This document shows, in pieces, positions 53,497 through 63,176 of a stretch of 64,000 nucleotides of DNA. This DNA comes from a virus (Duplodnaviria; Heunggongvirae; Uroviricota; Caudoviricetes). The position numbers and the translations under genes are program-made. Location of the stretch: positions 5,551 through 69,550 of the IMG/VR virus record IMGVR_UViG_3300045996_003062. The stretch is one strand, 5' to 3'. Below the pieces are notes generated by a model. The model worked only from the letters and a program-made list of their open reading frames with translations, searched no databases and was not told where the DNA came from. Each line of letters starts with the position of its first letter. Within the stretch, counting starts at the first letter, position 1.

Positions 53497-55704
53497 ATGT
53501 GGCCGCGCACCGCAGGAGAGACGACCGCGCTGGAAGGGGCGCACCGGAGCCACTACCTCAAAGTGGAGGTGGAGGACGGGAGCGGCGCGTTCCGCAACCT
53601 GTGCAGCCTGAACGGCGAAGACTGGGTCGAGGACGTCACCTTCGGCGCCCACGTGGACCAGCCGGTCATGACCGCGTCGGTGCACATCAAGACGCAGGTC
53701 GGCACCTCGTACCTCAGCCCGTTCGTGCAGTCGTCGTCGCTCAACCAGATCGCGGCCGTCTACAACCCGCTGCTGGACGTGGGCCGGGAGATCCGGATCA
53801 GCACGGCCACCACCGCGCGCGGCGCCGCGGCTCCATCGTCCGGCGACTTCAAACTCCTCTTCACGGGAGAGATCGACCGGGTGGACCCGGCCAGCCGGAC
53901 GCTGGAGTGCCGCGATCTCGGCGGCGTGCTGATGGACGCGCAGATCGAGACGGAGCTCGTCTACGGCTCCGACGACGGGGTGGACGTGGAGGTCGTGCAG
54001 CAGGCGATCCTCGACGACACGCTCGGCGGTACGGTCACGCTGCACACGCCCGTCTCCCCGTCGTTCGCGATCACCACCTACCGCCAGTCGGTCGGCGGCC
54101 TGCTGGAGACGCTTCGCACGATCGCGCTCCAGAACCTCGGCTGGGACGTTCGCTACCGCCCGGACCACGACGACGCGAGCGAGTGGAAACTCACGCTGTA
54201 CGAGCCGGATCGCGCGAACGTCACGCCCGACTGGACGTTCGGCCCCAGCCGCTACAACGGGATCGGCCGGCTGGAGATCGACCGCGAGCCGGTGCGCAAC
54301 GTCGTGCGGGTGGAGTACCGCGCGGCCGGCACCGGCGCCGCGGCGTACGAGCAGGTGGAGGACGCCGCGTCCATCGCCAAGTACGGGCGGCGGTTCATGC
54401 GCCTCGCGTTCGGCGACGGGAGCCAGATCGACACGCCGGAGGAAGCGACGGCCGTGGCCGAGGCGGCCCTCGCGGACCTCGCCAGCCCCGTGGCCGACCA
54501 GGAGGTGACGCTCCCGTTCTTCTGGCCGGTCGAGATCGGCGACCTGTACGCCTTCACCACGAACAGCCGGCTCTACGACACGACGCAGACGCTCGCCGTC
54601 GTGGGCTACCGGCACACCCTCTCGGCCACCTCGCAGACGACCACGCTCCAGTGCCGCGGCACTCCGGCCGGCGCGTACCGCGCATGGCAGGACGTGGTCG
54701 CGCAGCTCGCGGGCAGCAACGCGGCCGACCGGCTGGAGACGTACCTCGCGCTCAACGGATTCCGGGAGACCGCGCGGACGCAGAGCAGCGTCACCTACAC
54801 GGCGACCTGCGGCCCCGGCGTCTCCGAGGTGTGGGAGTACCAGAACGAGGTGACGCAGCCGGTCACGGCGGACCCGTGGCCCGACGGCGCGACCACCGAC
54901 TTCGAGGTCCACAGCGACCGCCCGACCACGTTCACGTACGACGTGCCCCCGGCGGGGAAGGTCCGCTACGTCCAGCTCGAACCCCGCGACTCGAACCTCA
55001 AGAGCGGCCCCGTCCGGCGGATCGTCATCCAGCCGGCGCTCGTGGACCCGCGGCTGCTGAGCGTCACCGTCTCGGGGCAGACCATCTCCATCGTCGCCAA
55101 CCAGGACACGCAGTCGATCAAGGTCGCCCACACGGGCGGCACCTGGGAGTACCACGTCGACGGGCTCTCGGCCACGATCCTCGCCACCGCCACGGGCACC
55201 AACGCCGTTGCGGGCATCGGCGCTACGGACGTGTGGCCGATCGAGATCTGCGCGTACGCGGAGCCGGTCGTCGCCGTGGACGGAGACACCGCATACGACT
55301 GCGTGGACCGGACCGTCTCCGGGTCGGGCGCCTCGGCCGAGCCGACGTGGACGACATGCCTCGCGGCGGGCCCTGCCATCGTCACCGACAGCGACATCAC
55401 ACTCACACTCCAGGCCAGCAGCGCCCCGGCCCTGTACACGGCGCGCGTCTCCGAGCGGCACCGGGTGACGGGTGGGACGTGGACGGCGTTCGCGGACATC
55501 ACGGCAAACCTCAGCCCGTCGCTGACTGCGCCGCCGACGTCGTCCACGGCCTACACCTACACCTCCGCCTACGAGCGCACCACCACCAGCGGCGCATCGC
55601 TCGTCACCTACGAGCTTCGCGCCGAGATCCTGAACGGAAGCTCGGCCGTCGTGGCGACGCAGACGGCGCAGGCGAGCTGGTACCAGGGCGGAGACCAGGT
55701 CTGA
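53497..55704 (+). CDS. distal tail/host-specificity-like protein
   Basis: 735 aa, after tape measure. Confidence 0.55.
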   Translation: MWPRTAGETTALEGAHRSHYLKVEVEDGSGAFRNLCSLNGEDWVEDVTFGAHVDQPVMTASVHIKTQVGTSYLSPFVQSSSLNQIAAVYNPLLDVGREIRISTATTARGAAAPSSGDFKLLFTGEIDRVDPASRTLECRDLGGVLMDAQIETELVYGSDDGVDVEVVQQAILDDTLGGTVTLHTPVSPSFAITTYRQSVGGLLETLRTIALQNLGWDVRYRPDHDDASEWKLTLYEPDRANVTPDWTFGPSRYNGIGRLEIDREPVRNVVRVEYRAAGTGAAAYEQVEDAASIAKYGRRFMRLAFGDGSQIDTPEEATAVAEAALADLASPVADQEVTLPFFWPVEIGDLYAFTTNSRLYDTTQTLAVVGYRHTLSATSQTTTLQCRGTPAGAYRAWQDVVAQLAGSNAADRLETYLALNGFRETARTQSSVTYTATCGPGVSEVWEYQNEVTQPVTADPWPDGATTDFEVHSDRPTTFTYDVPPAGKVRYVQLEPRDSNLKSGPVRRIVIQPALVDPRLLSVTVSGQTISIVANQDTQSIKVAHTGGTWEYHVDGLSATILATATGTNAVAGIGATDVWPIEICAYAEPVVAVDGDTAYDCVDRTVSGSGASAEPTWTTCLAAGPAIVTDSDITLTLQASSAPALYTARVSERHRVTGGTWTAFADITANLSPSLTAPPTSSTAYTYTSAYERTTTSGASLVTYELRAEILNGSSAVVATQTAQASWYQGGDQV

Positions 55705-55955
55705 TGGCGCGCGACCGCATCGCCCCGACCGGGGCCACGGTGGAAGCTGCCGAGTCGGGCGTGGCCGCGACGCTCGTCCGGCTCTACCTCGCGCTCGACG
55801 CGACGACGGGGCAGTACGGCTTCACGACGGTGGCGTCCGAGGCGAGCGCCGCGTTCGCAACCGACTCCGGCAGCGGGTTGGTGGGCATCGACACGACCAC
55901 GACGACCGGGCTGTCCATCGCACGACACGCCACGCGCGGCGTGCTGATCTACTAG
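55704..55955 (+). CDS. hypothetical tail protein
   Basis: TGATG overlap. Confidence 0.4.
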   Translation: MARDRIAPTGATVEAAESGVAATLVRLYLALDATTGQYGFTTVASEASAAFATDSGSGLVGIDTTTTTGLSIARHATRGVLIY

Positions 55956-55965
55956 GAGGCGACAC

Positions 55966-58020
55966 ATGGCCGTCAGTCTGGACACACCACTGTCTGCACG
56001 AGTCCACGACCGTGGGGGCGCGTTCACCCACGTCTCGGGGTTCGCGGCGGTGGGCGACGGGAAGCAGGCGACCGGCGGGGCGATGACCAGCGCCTCGGCC
56101 GTGCTGACGACGACGGCGGGGACCGCGTTCACCGCGGCGCACGTCGGGAAGGAGATCCGCGTGCCGGGCGCCGGTGCGGCGGGGGCGGAGCTGGTGACGA
56201 CCATCAGCGCCTACACCTCGGCGACGCAGGTCACGCTCACCGTGGCGGCCTCCACGACCGTCGCGTCCAAGACGATCACGTGGGGGACGAACGACACCGT
56301 GGCGATCGCGACGGCTGCCGCGGCTGCGACTGCGCTGGGCTCCACGACGCTCGTCTTCAACCACGGCGTCACCGGCAAGTACATGGTGGACAGCACCTTG
56401 TCGCTGTCCGGGTTCACACTGGTCGGGGACGGCAGCCCGTCGTTTCTCGGGGTCGCGGACACGATATCCAACTGGAACACGTCGTCGTCCACCAACGCCA
56501 TCACCATCCGGAGCCAGGCGTGGTCCGCTGTGGCTCCCACTCTCAACCAGGTGCCGGTATGGGACGGCTCGCAGTGGGTGCCGGGTGCCACTGCTTCGTC
56601 GGCGTCCATCACGCAGGGCGGCGGCACGGCATCCATCAACGGCAGCGGCGCAATCTCCCTCGCCCCGGCGGCGGGCCAGGGCGTGTCGGCTCCTACGAAC
56701 GGCGTGGCAGACACGGTCTCCATCGGCCCTGCCACGGCCAGTGCGCAGTTCACGTCGGCAGTGGGGAAGATCGCGACCGCCACCGGCTCCGCGGCCTCGT
56801 CGTTCGGCTACAACGCCCGGGCGCAGGTCGCGTCGGGCACGGCCATCGGGGCCAACGCGCTGGCCTCCACCGCGAGCGGCGCCACGGCGCTGGGGGCGGA
56901 CTGCACGGCGTCCGCGACCAACGCCCTCGCGATCGGAAAGAGCGCCACCGCCTCCGCCTCGTCCTCGATCGCCATCGGCAGCAGCGCCGCGGCGGCCAGT
57001 GCGTCAGGCATCTCCATCGGAACGTCCACCTCGTCGGGCGTGGATGCGGTGGCGATCGGTGCGTCGGCCAACGGGAACCAGACTAACGCCACGATCGTGG
57101 GGAAGTCAGGGTCCGCCACCGGCGCCAACAGCGTCGGCGTCGGGAAGTCGTGCGTGGCGGCGTCGGAGTGCGTGGCGATCGGCTCGGGGGCCAGCACGAC
57201 GGCGAACCAGAACGTGTGCGTCGGGATGACGTCGTCCGTCTCGGCTGCGTCGTGCGTCGTTATCGGGCACACGGCGTCATCCGCGTCCAGCAAGAGCATC
57301 GTGATCGGCCGCGACGCGTCCTCCATCTCGACGGAGACGGAGACGGTCGTCATCGGCTACCAGGCCAAGGCGTACACCGACGCCACGATCCCGTCCACGG
57401 GCGGCGGGCAGAACGTGGCGATCGGCGCCTACGCCGAGGCGGGGTGCTACCGCGGGACGGCGATCGGCTGGAAGGCGAAGGCGTGGGAGGTGTCGGCCAC
57501 CGCCATCGGCCGCGGCGCGCTCGCGACGGGGTCGCACTCGGTTGCGATCGGACGCGGCGCATGGGCGAACGTGGACAACACGATCTCCATCGGGTTCTCC
57601 GGGGCGAACGCGGCCTCCCACATCTATTTCGAGTCCGGGCACACCCACAAGTACGTGGACTTGGACGGCAGCACGATCACCCGCGTCCCGGCGTCCACGC
57701 CGATCGTGCTGCACGGGTTCGACGCGTACGACGCCACCGCCAGCGTCAGCAACGTGGCGGGGGGTCCGCTCCAGCTCGCGGGCGGGGCACCGACGGGGAG
57801 CGGAACGGCGGGGACGGTGGACGTGCAGACGGCCGGTGCCGGGGCCGGCGGGAATGTGAAGGGTACGCTGGTCACCGTTGCGCAGTTCGATCACAGCTCG
57901 ACCGCAGGAGATACGCGCATGCTCCTGTGGGATGTGACGGCGGGAAGTCTGAAGCGCGTGAGCATCGGCGCCGCCGACTCGGGTGGAACCGGATTCAAGC
58001 TGCTCCGCGTCGCCAACTAA
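55966..58020 (+). CDS. tail fibre with pectate-lyase-like N-terminal region and YadA-head-like Ala/Ser/Gly repeats
   Basis: repeated ...SVAIG.GA.A... units; 684 aa. Confidence 0.65.
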   Translation: MAVSLDTPLSARVHDRGGAFTHVSGFAAVGDGKQATGGAMTSASAVLTTTAGTAFTAAHVGKEIRVPGAGAAGAELVTTISAYTSATQVTLTVAASTTVASKTITWGTNDTVAIATAAAAATALGSTTLVFNHGVTGKYMVDSTLSLSGFTLVGDGSPSFLGVADTISNWNTSSSTNAITIRSQAWSAVAPTLNQVPVWDGSQWVPGATASSASITQGGGTASINGSGAISLAPAAGQGVSAPTNGVADTVSIGPATASAQFTSAVGKIATATGSAASSFGYNARAQVASGTAIGANALASTASGATALGADCTASATNALAIGKSATASASSSIAIGSSAAAASASGISIGTSTSSGVDAVAIGASANGNQTNATIVGKSGSATGANSVGVGKSCVAASECVAIGSGASTTANQNVCVGMTSSVSAASCVVIGHTASSASSKSIVIGRDASSISTETETVVIGYQAKAYTDATIPSTGGGQNVAIGAYAEAGCYRGTAIGWKAKAWEVSATAIGRGALATGSHSVAIGRGAWANVDNTISIGFSGANAASHIYFESGHTHKYVDLDGSTITRVPASTPIVLHGFDAYDATASVSNVAGGPLQLAGGAPTGSGTAGTVDVQTAGAGAGGNVKGTLVTVAQFDHSSTAGDTRMLLWDVTAGSLKRVSIGAADSGGTGFKLLRVAN

Positions 58021-58037
58021 ACGAAGGAGGGCCGATC

Positions 58038-58385
58038 ATGAACCAGCAGAACCAGCAGGCTCGCTTCATCGCCATCGGACACGGGACGTGGGCCGCCTGC
58101 GACGCGACCATCAACGGGAACACGCACCGCTACTCGGACGCAGCGCCGTGCCGGGTGGGAGACGGGAGCCGGACCGTGTCGCTGGGCCGGAGCGATGCCG
58201 CCGCGGACGGGACGGCCCGCTACGTCCTCAACATCGAGGGGATGACGCTGGAGCCCGGCACTCGGATGGTGATCGACACCTCGCCACGGCACGGCGAAGC
58301 CCCGATCCGCGTGGAGCACGACGGACCGGGGCTGCCGAGGGTGGAGTTCCTGAAGCTGGAGCTTCGCCGCGAGGAGCGGGCGTGA
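58038..58385 (+). CDS. hypothetical protein
   Basis: RBS AAGGAGGG. Confidence 0.45.
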   Translation: MNQQNQQARFIAIGHGTWAACDATINGNTHRYSDAAPCRVGDGSRTVSLGRSDAAADGTARYVLNIEGMTLEPGTRMVIDTSPRHGEAPIRVEHDGPGLPRVEFLKLELRREERA

Positions 58386-58616
58386 ACGCGGTAGGGCGGG
58401 GCGCGTCGGCGTCGGGCGCCTCTCACGTCGCCGTGGGTGTGAGCGCCACGCCGTCGCGGCCGAAGCCGGAGGAGGTCGGGAGCGTGGCCTTGGGCTACAG
58501 CGCGAACGCCAGCGGCGCGGCATCTCTCGCGGTCGGGCTCAGCCGCCACCGCCCACGCCAATCGTGACCCGACCACGAGGAGCGGCAAGCAATCCTTCCC
58601 CAGGAGCCGTAAACGC

Positions 58617-58865
58617 ATGCCTACACCGAACGTAGGACCCGCCGATCCGCAGCCCACCGAGCACCGCCTCAACCTCTCGGCCGACCAGCGCGCGGACTTC
58701 GAGCCGCTGACGGCGGCGGCCAACCAGGCGCAGGCGGAGCGGGACCGCGGCGCGCGTCTGCTGGGCGTCCCTCGCGCCGCGCTCGGCTGGGCGTACTCCG
58801 ACGGCGTGCTGACGTGGACGATGCCCGACGAGGTGTCCCAGACCGGACCGCCCGCAGAGGGCTGA
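58617..58865 (+). CDS. hypothetical protein
   Basis: track ORF. Confidence 0.35.
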   Translation: MPTPNVGPADPQPTEHRLNLSADQRADFEPLTAAANQAQAERDRGARLLGVPRAALGWAYSDGVLTWTMPDEVSQTGPPAEG

Positions 58866-58918
58866 CCCTCCCTCGCCGCTCGGCAGACGCCGGGTGGCAT
58901 CCGCTCGAAAGGACGACG

Positions 58919-59302
58919 ATGAGCCCACGCGAGGCCGCCGCGCGCAGCCGCACCCTCTGGCAGGACATCCCCGCCGGGTGGCGGAAGATCTTGGAGTTGC
59001 TGGCGACGGCCGCGGTCCTCGTCGGTGGCGGGGCCGCGTTCGGGGAGCGGTTCGGCGCGCACTCCGGGTTGCCGGACAAGGTGCGCATCCTCACTGCTGA
59101 CGTGGACACGCTGAAAGCGGGGATGGGCGCCCTGCGTGGCGACGTCACCCAGCTCCAGCAGGACCGCGACAGCACGAACGCCTACCTCCGCCTGCTCGCC
59201 TGCCGGGCGTGGGCACAGGACCATGACGCCCCGGTCAACGACTGCTGGAGCCCCGGGCGGCTGGATCCCATCAACTACCTGCGACCCGCGGGGGCCCGAT
59301 GA
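58919..59302 (+). CDS. single-pass membrane protein with coiled coil
   Basis: TM ILELLATAAVLVGGGAAF. Confidence 0.4.
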   Translation: MSPREAAARSRTLWQDIPAGWRKILELLATAAVLVGGGAAFGERFGAHSGLPDKVRILTADVDTLKAGMGALRGDVTQLQQDRDSTNAYLRLLACRAWAQDHDAPVNDCWSPGRLDPINYLRPAGAR

Positions 59303-59550
59303 TCCGACGACTCTTGAACCGACTGCTGGACGCCATCGCGGACCGCGTGGTGGCGAAGCTGGGACGCGAGGCGAGCGACGCTGTGCCGTCGCGGCCGAAC
59401 GACTCCCCGCCGCCGATCACGTACAACGGCACCGACGAGCACGGCGTCCACCGGTTCGTACAGGTGTTCTCGACCCCGGCCGAGACGGGCACCTACACCG
59501 CGGTCCGGTGCGATGGCGGCGCATGGACGCGTAGTGAGGGAGCCGCATGA
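59299..59550 (+). CDS. hypothetical protein
   Basis: ATGA overlap. Confidence 0.35.
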   Translation: MIRRLLNRLLDAIADRVVAKLGREASDAVPSRPNDSPPPITYNGTDEHGVHRFVQVFSTPAETGTYTAVRCDGGAWTRSEGAA

Positions 59551-59801
59551 CTGCCGCGCCGAAGCCCCTCACCCGCAGCCGCACGTTCTGGACGAATCTG
59601 GTCGTCGGCGCCTCTGCCCTCGCGCTGATCCTCGCGGACCTGCTGAACCTCGTGACCGCGGGCGGGCTTCCGTTCAACGTGTCGCCCGCGACGTACCAGT
59701 GGGTCGCCCTGCTGACGGCGATCCTGAACATCCTGCTCCGCCGCCTCACCTCCGCGCCCATTGCCGGACGCGCCGAGGCTGCGCGGGAGGACGCCGCGTG
59801 A
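59547..59801 (+). CDS. holin-like protein (two TM helices)
   Basis: two hydrophobic helices, charged C-terminus, directly upstream of the lysin. Confidence 0.5.
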   Translation: MTAAPKPLTRSRTFWTNLVVGASALALILADLLNLVTAGGLPFNVSPATYQWVALLTAILNILLRRLTSAPIAGRAEAAREDAA

Positions 59802-60334
59802 CGCCCCGGGCCCTCCCTTCCCTGCCGGTGACGCTGCGCGAGCTGACGGCCATCGTGGCGCGCGGGTTCGTCGGCGTCCGCGAGACCGGCAACAACCGCG
59901 GCGCCTGGGTGCAGGCGTTCCAGCACGCGGCCAAGATCGCGCCGGGCGACCCTTGGTGCATGGCGTTCGTGAACGCGTGCGCGGAGATCGCGGCTGCGTC
60001 CCTCGGGCTGGTCTCTCCACTGGAGCGGATGCCGCTGCAAGGCTACGTCGCGAACCTCGTCACGAAGTTTCCCGCCGTCCCGCTGGCGGTGGCGCTGCCC
60101 GGAGACCTGCTGGCGGTGTGGAGCGCCGGCCTCAACCGACACGCCCACGTCGCCCTCATCGAGGCGATCCGGACGGACGGGACGCTGGAGACCATCGAGG
60201 GCAACAGCAACGACGAGGGGAGCCGAGAAGGCTACGAAGTGTGCCGCCGCACCCGGAAGGTCGGCGAGCGCGACGTCATCGTGCGGTGGACGAGGACGGT
60301 GGACCTGGCTCCGGCAGCGAAGGCGGCGGCATGA
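59798..60334 (+). CDS. endolysin (CHAP/NlpC-P60-like cysteine peptidase)
   Basis: GTGA overlap; Cys in GDPWCMAFVNAC, His in HVALIEAI. Confidence 0.5.
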   Translation: MTPRALPSLPVTLRELTAIVARGFVGVRETGNNRGAWVQAFQHAAKIAPGDPWCMAFVNACAEIAAASLGLVSPLERMPLQGYVANLVTKFPAVPLAVALPGDLLAVWSAGLNRHAHVALIEAIRTDGTLETIEGNSNDEGSREGYEVCRRTRKVGERDVIVRWTRTVDLAPAAKAAA

Positions 60335-60771
60335 TGATCCGCCACGCCCGCCAGGAAGACCCGTACGGGTGCGCGATCGCCTGCGTAGCCATGCTGACAG
60401 GGGCGACCTACGGCGAGTTGCGCGCTGAGTACCTGGACGGATTGCCCCCGTCGAACTTCGCGCACCGCCGCCCGCTTGTGGACTGCGGCACGACGCACCC
60501 ATGCACGGACGGGTTACTCGCGAGGCGCGGATTCGCGGTCGCCCGCGTGTGGGTTTCGGGGTTCAATGCCTCGCCTGTCCCCGACCCCTGGGCAGACGCC
60601 CACATGGTGAGTCTGCAACTCCCGGTAGGGCAGCATTGCATCGTTCTCCTCCGCGATGGGACCGTTCTTGATCCCGCGAAGGACGCGCCCGGGCGGTGGG
60701 AGTCGTACCGCCTCTACCCCGTGGATTATGTCGCCGCGGTCGTTCCCGTTCACCAAGCGAGGGCGGCATGA
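60331..60771 (+). CDS. papain/C39-like peptidase domain protein
   Basis: PYGCAIACVAMLTG ... HCIVLL. Confidence 0.4.
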   Translation: MMIRHARQEDPYGCAIACVAMLTGATYGELRAEYLDGLPPSNFAHRRPLVDCGTTHPCTDGLLARRGFAVARVWVSGFNASPVPDPWADAHMVSLQLPVGQHCIVLLRDGTVLDPAKDAPGRWESYRLYPVDYVAAVVPVHQARAA

Positions 60772-61160
60772 GCGAGAAGCCAATCCCCAACCTGCTGCCG
60801 GCGATCTACGCCTGCATCCTCCCGCACATGACCTCAGCGGCGCGCGAGCATGGGTACGCGCTCGCCGTGCACGGGTCGCTCGTCCGCGACTTCGACGTGG
60901 TCGCGATCCCGTGGAAGTCCGACGCCGGGCCGGCGGCGACGGTCGCCGAGGCCATCCGCGCGAGCGTGGGCGGCGTCTTCTCCGAGTACGACAACAACGG
61001 CTCTCCCACCGAGAAGCCGCACGGTCGCCGGTGCTGGACGGTCCACCTCGGCGGGGGAACGGTGGACCTGAGCGTCATGCCGCGGACGTCCCCCGTCTAC
61101 TACGACGGCCCGTTCCCGCACCTGCTGGACGAAGCCCCAGCCCCGAGGGAGACCGCGTGA
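60768..61160 (+). CDS. hypothetical protein
   Basis: ATGA overlap. Confidence 0.4.
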   Translation: MSEKPIPNLLPAIYACILPHMTSAAREHGYALAVHGSLVRDFDVVAIPWKSDAGPAATVAEAIRASVGGVFSEYDNNGSPTEKPHGRRCWTVHLGGGTVDLSVMPRTSPVYYDGPFPHLLDEAPAPRETA

Positions 61161-61284
61161 GCGAGCGGCACGCTTAATCCGCCACCCTCGGTGTTCCCTG
61201 CTGAGGGAACGCACGCCCACAGAGGGAACATCGGCTTCTGACTCGCCGCGCGCTGCGGCATCAACCGACCATTACGGAGGAGTG

Positions 61285-61572
61285 ATGTCTACCACTACGA
61301 CCTACACCGACGCGGACCTCACGTACGCCGCCACCTTCCGGTGCCCGTGCGGCGCTGGGCTCGCCTACGCCCACGCCGCCGACACGATGGCGTCGAGCTG
61401 GGATTGCGCCGACATCCTGACCGGCCGGGCGATCCCAGCGGGGCGAGACGGAGCCGTGACGCACACCTCGCCGCTTCCCTTCGCGTTCTGGGAGGTGAAG
61501 AGCGAGCGCCAGTCGTCCGCGTACGGGATGACCACGCGGCCGGCCTCGCAGGCGGAGGAGGTGGCCCCGTGA
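61285..61572 (+). CDS. hypothetical protein
   Basis: RBS GGAGG. Confidence 0.35.
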   Translation: MSTTTTYTDADLTYAATFRCPCGAGLAYAHAADTMASSWDCADILTGRAIPAGRDGAVTHTSPLPFAFWEVKSERQSSAYGMTTRPASQAEEVAP

Positions 61573-62036
61573 CCATCGCCACATCGAATGCCGCTCAGCC
61601 GCTCGTCTCTGCGCCGATCGGAAGCCAGGTCTGGTTCGCCGCAGAGAAGCGGCCGTACACCATCCGTGCACGCGGAGCACGATACCTCATCTGCACCAAG
61701 GCCTTCGCCGCCCGGCGGACCGTGATCTATACGGTGGTGGATCTTGAGGAACAGGTCCGCGGCACGGAGAACCTGATCTTCGGGATGGGCGCAGAGACCG
61801 ACGAGGAGTGCGCCGAGATGCTTGCCCGGCTGGAGCAACCGGCGCCGCGGTTCCCAGAAGACTACGAGGAGCGGGATGGACAGTGGTTCACGCCGATGCG
61901 GGCTCCCACGGAGGTGTCGCACCGGAATCGCGTCCTGCTCGACGTCGTGAAAGTGCAGACGTCTCGCGCCTCCCGGCATCGCGGGTCGCGCGCCGACCCT
62001 GCGCCTTCTGACAACTCGGTCGCCATCGCGGCCTGA
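61569..62036 (+). CDS. hypothetical protein
   Basis: GTGA overlap. Confidence 0.4.
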   Translation: MTIATSNAAQPLVSAPIGSQVWFAAEKRPYTIRARGARYLICTKAFAARRTVIYTVVDLEEQVRGTENLIFGMGAETDEECAEMLARLEQPAPRFPEDYEERDGQWFTPMRAPTEVSHRNRVLLDVVKVQTSRASRHRGSRADPAPSDNSVAIAA

Positions 62037-62103
62037 CCCCCTCACACCCACCACCCAACCCAGGCCAGCCAACCATGCCGCCGCCGATCTAGGAGACACG
62101 CCC

Positions 62104-62871
62104 ATGCACCGACTCGCCGCAGTCCTCGCCCTCGCGCTCGCCGCGTGCTCCCCCGCACCGGCAGGCTCACCCGCTCCCCAGCGTGCACCGCTGACGCTCT
62201 GCGTCGCCAACCGCACCCTGGACGTGCTGACGATCCGTCTGGGCTCGCCCGCAGGTATCCGCCTGGGCTCCGTCCAGCCGGGCCGGGTGGAGCGCGTGTC
62301 GATCCCCCGTGGGATGGAGAACGCGCGCGTGGTGGCGGTGCCGGTCGGCGGCGGGCGGCTCTGGACGTCACCCTACTTCGGGCGACAGCAGGCCAGCGGG
62401 TGGCGGTGGAGTCTCGGCGTGTCGCACACCACGGAGATCGACCTCGCTCCGGCTCGCGGCGACTGCGCGGGCGCGGCGTACGCGCAGAACCCCGACCACA
62501 TCATGGGCGTCACCGTCTGGCCCTCGGACCAGCGGCAGCCGTCGGGATGGGTGCGGGCGGAGCTGGTGGTTGGCGACCCCCAGGAAGCGGCGTCCGTCGC
62601 GGTCCACGAGATGGCGCACGGCGTCAGCGCCCAGCGGCTCGGCCGCGACGCGTGGCGGGCTCGCATCCGGACGACGCACGGCGCGGCGGCCGAGGAGGCG
62701 TTCGCGTTCTGCGTCCAGGCTCACTACGCCCACGGTGCGCAGCGGCGGTTCCTCTCGTTCGACCTGGCCGCGTGGCACTACGCCGAGTACCTGTCGACAG
62801 GCTATCCGTTCGGGCTGTCGCGCGAGGCGGCGGCGACGCTGATCCGCGGCGCGTGCGCCCCGAAGTCGTGA
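62104..62871 (+). CDS. lipoprotein zinc metallopeptidase (HExxH)
   Basis: lipobox LALAAC; VAVHEMAHGV. Confidence 0.55.
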   Translation: MHRLAAVLALALAACSPAPAGSPAPQRAPLTLCVANRTLDVLTIRLGSPAGIRLGSVQPGRVERVSIPRGMENARVVAVPVGGGRLWTSPYFGRQQASGWRWSLGVSHTTEIDLAPARGDCAGAAYAQNPDHIMGVTVWPSDQRQPSGWVRAELVVGDPQEAASVAVHEMAHGVSAQRLGRDAWRARIRTTHGAAAEEAFAFCVQAHYAHGAQRRFLSFDLAAWHYAEYLSTGYPFGLSREAAATLIRGACAPKS

Positions 62872-62879
62872 GGAGCCCC

Positions 62880-63176
62880 ATGCTCCGCGTCATCGCGTTC
62901 GTCGCGCTGGGTGTCGTCGGCGCTGCAGTCGTCGGCCTGTACGTCTCACGTCCACGCCCAAGGAGGCGCACCGTGGAACCGCCCATCCTGCACCGCGACC
63001 CGGGCGACGAGACGCCCAGCGATCCCGGAGCGAGCCCGGCGCACCTGGCCGGCCGCTGCCCTCGCGTCTTCCGCCATGCCGCTCTCCGCCTGGACGATGG
63101 CTCCGTGTTCTGCCGCGCCTGCGAGGATGCGTACGGCGAGGGCGTGTTCCTCGCAGGCGCGCGGGAGGCTGCGTAG
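62880..63176 (+). CDS. membrane protein with C-terminal Cys cluster
   Basis: TM VIAFVALGVVGAAVVGLYV; CPR...CRAC. Confidence 0.4.
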   Translation: MLRVIAFVALGVVGAAVVGLYVSRPRPRRRTVEPPILHRDPGDETPSDPGASPAHLAGRCPRVFRHAALRLDDGSVFCRACEDAYGEGVFLAGAREAA

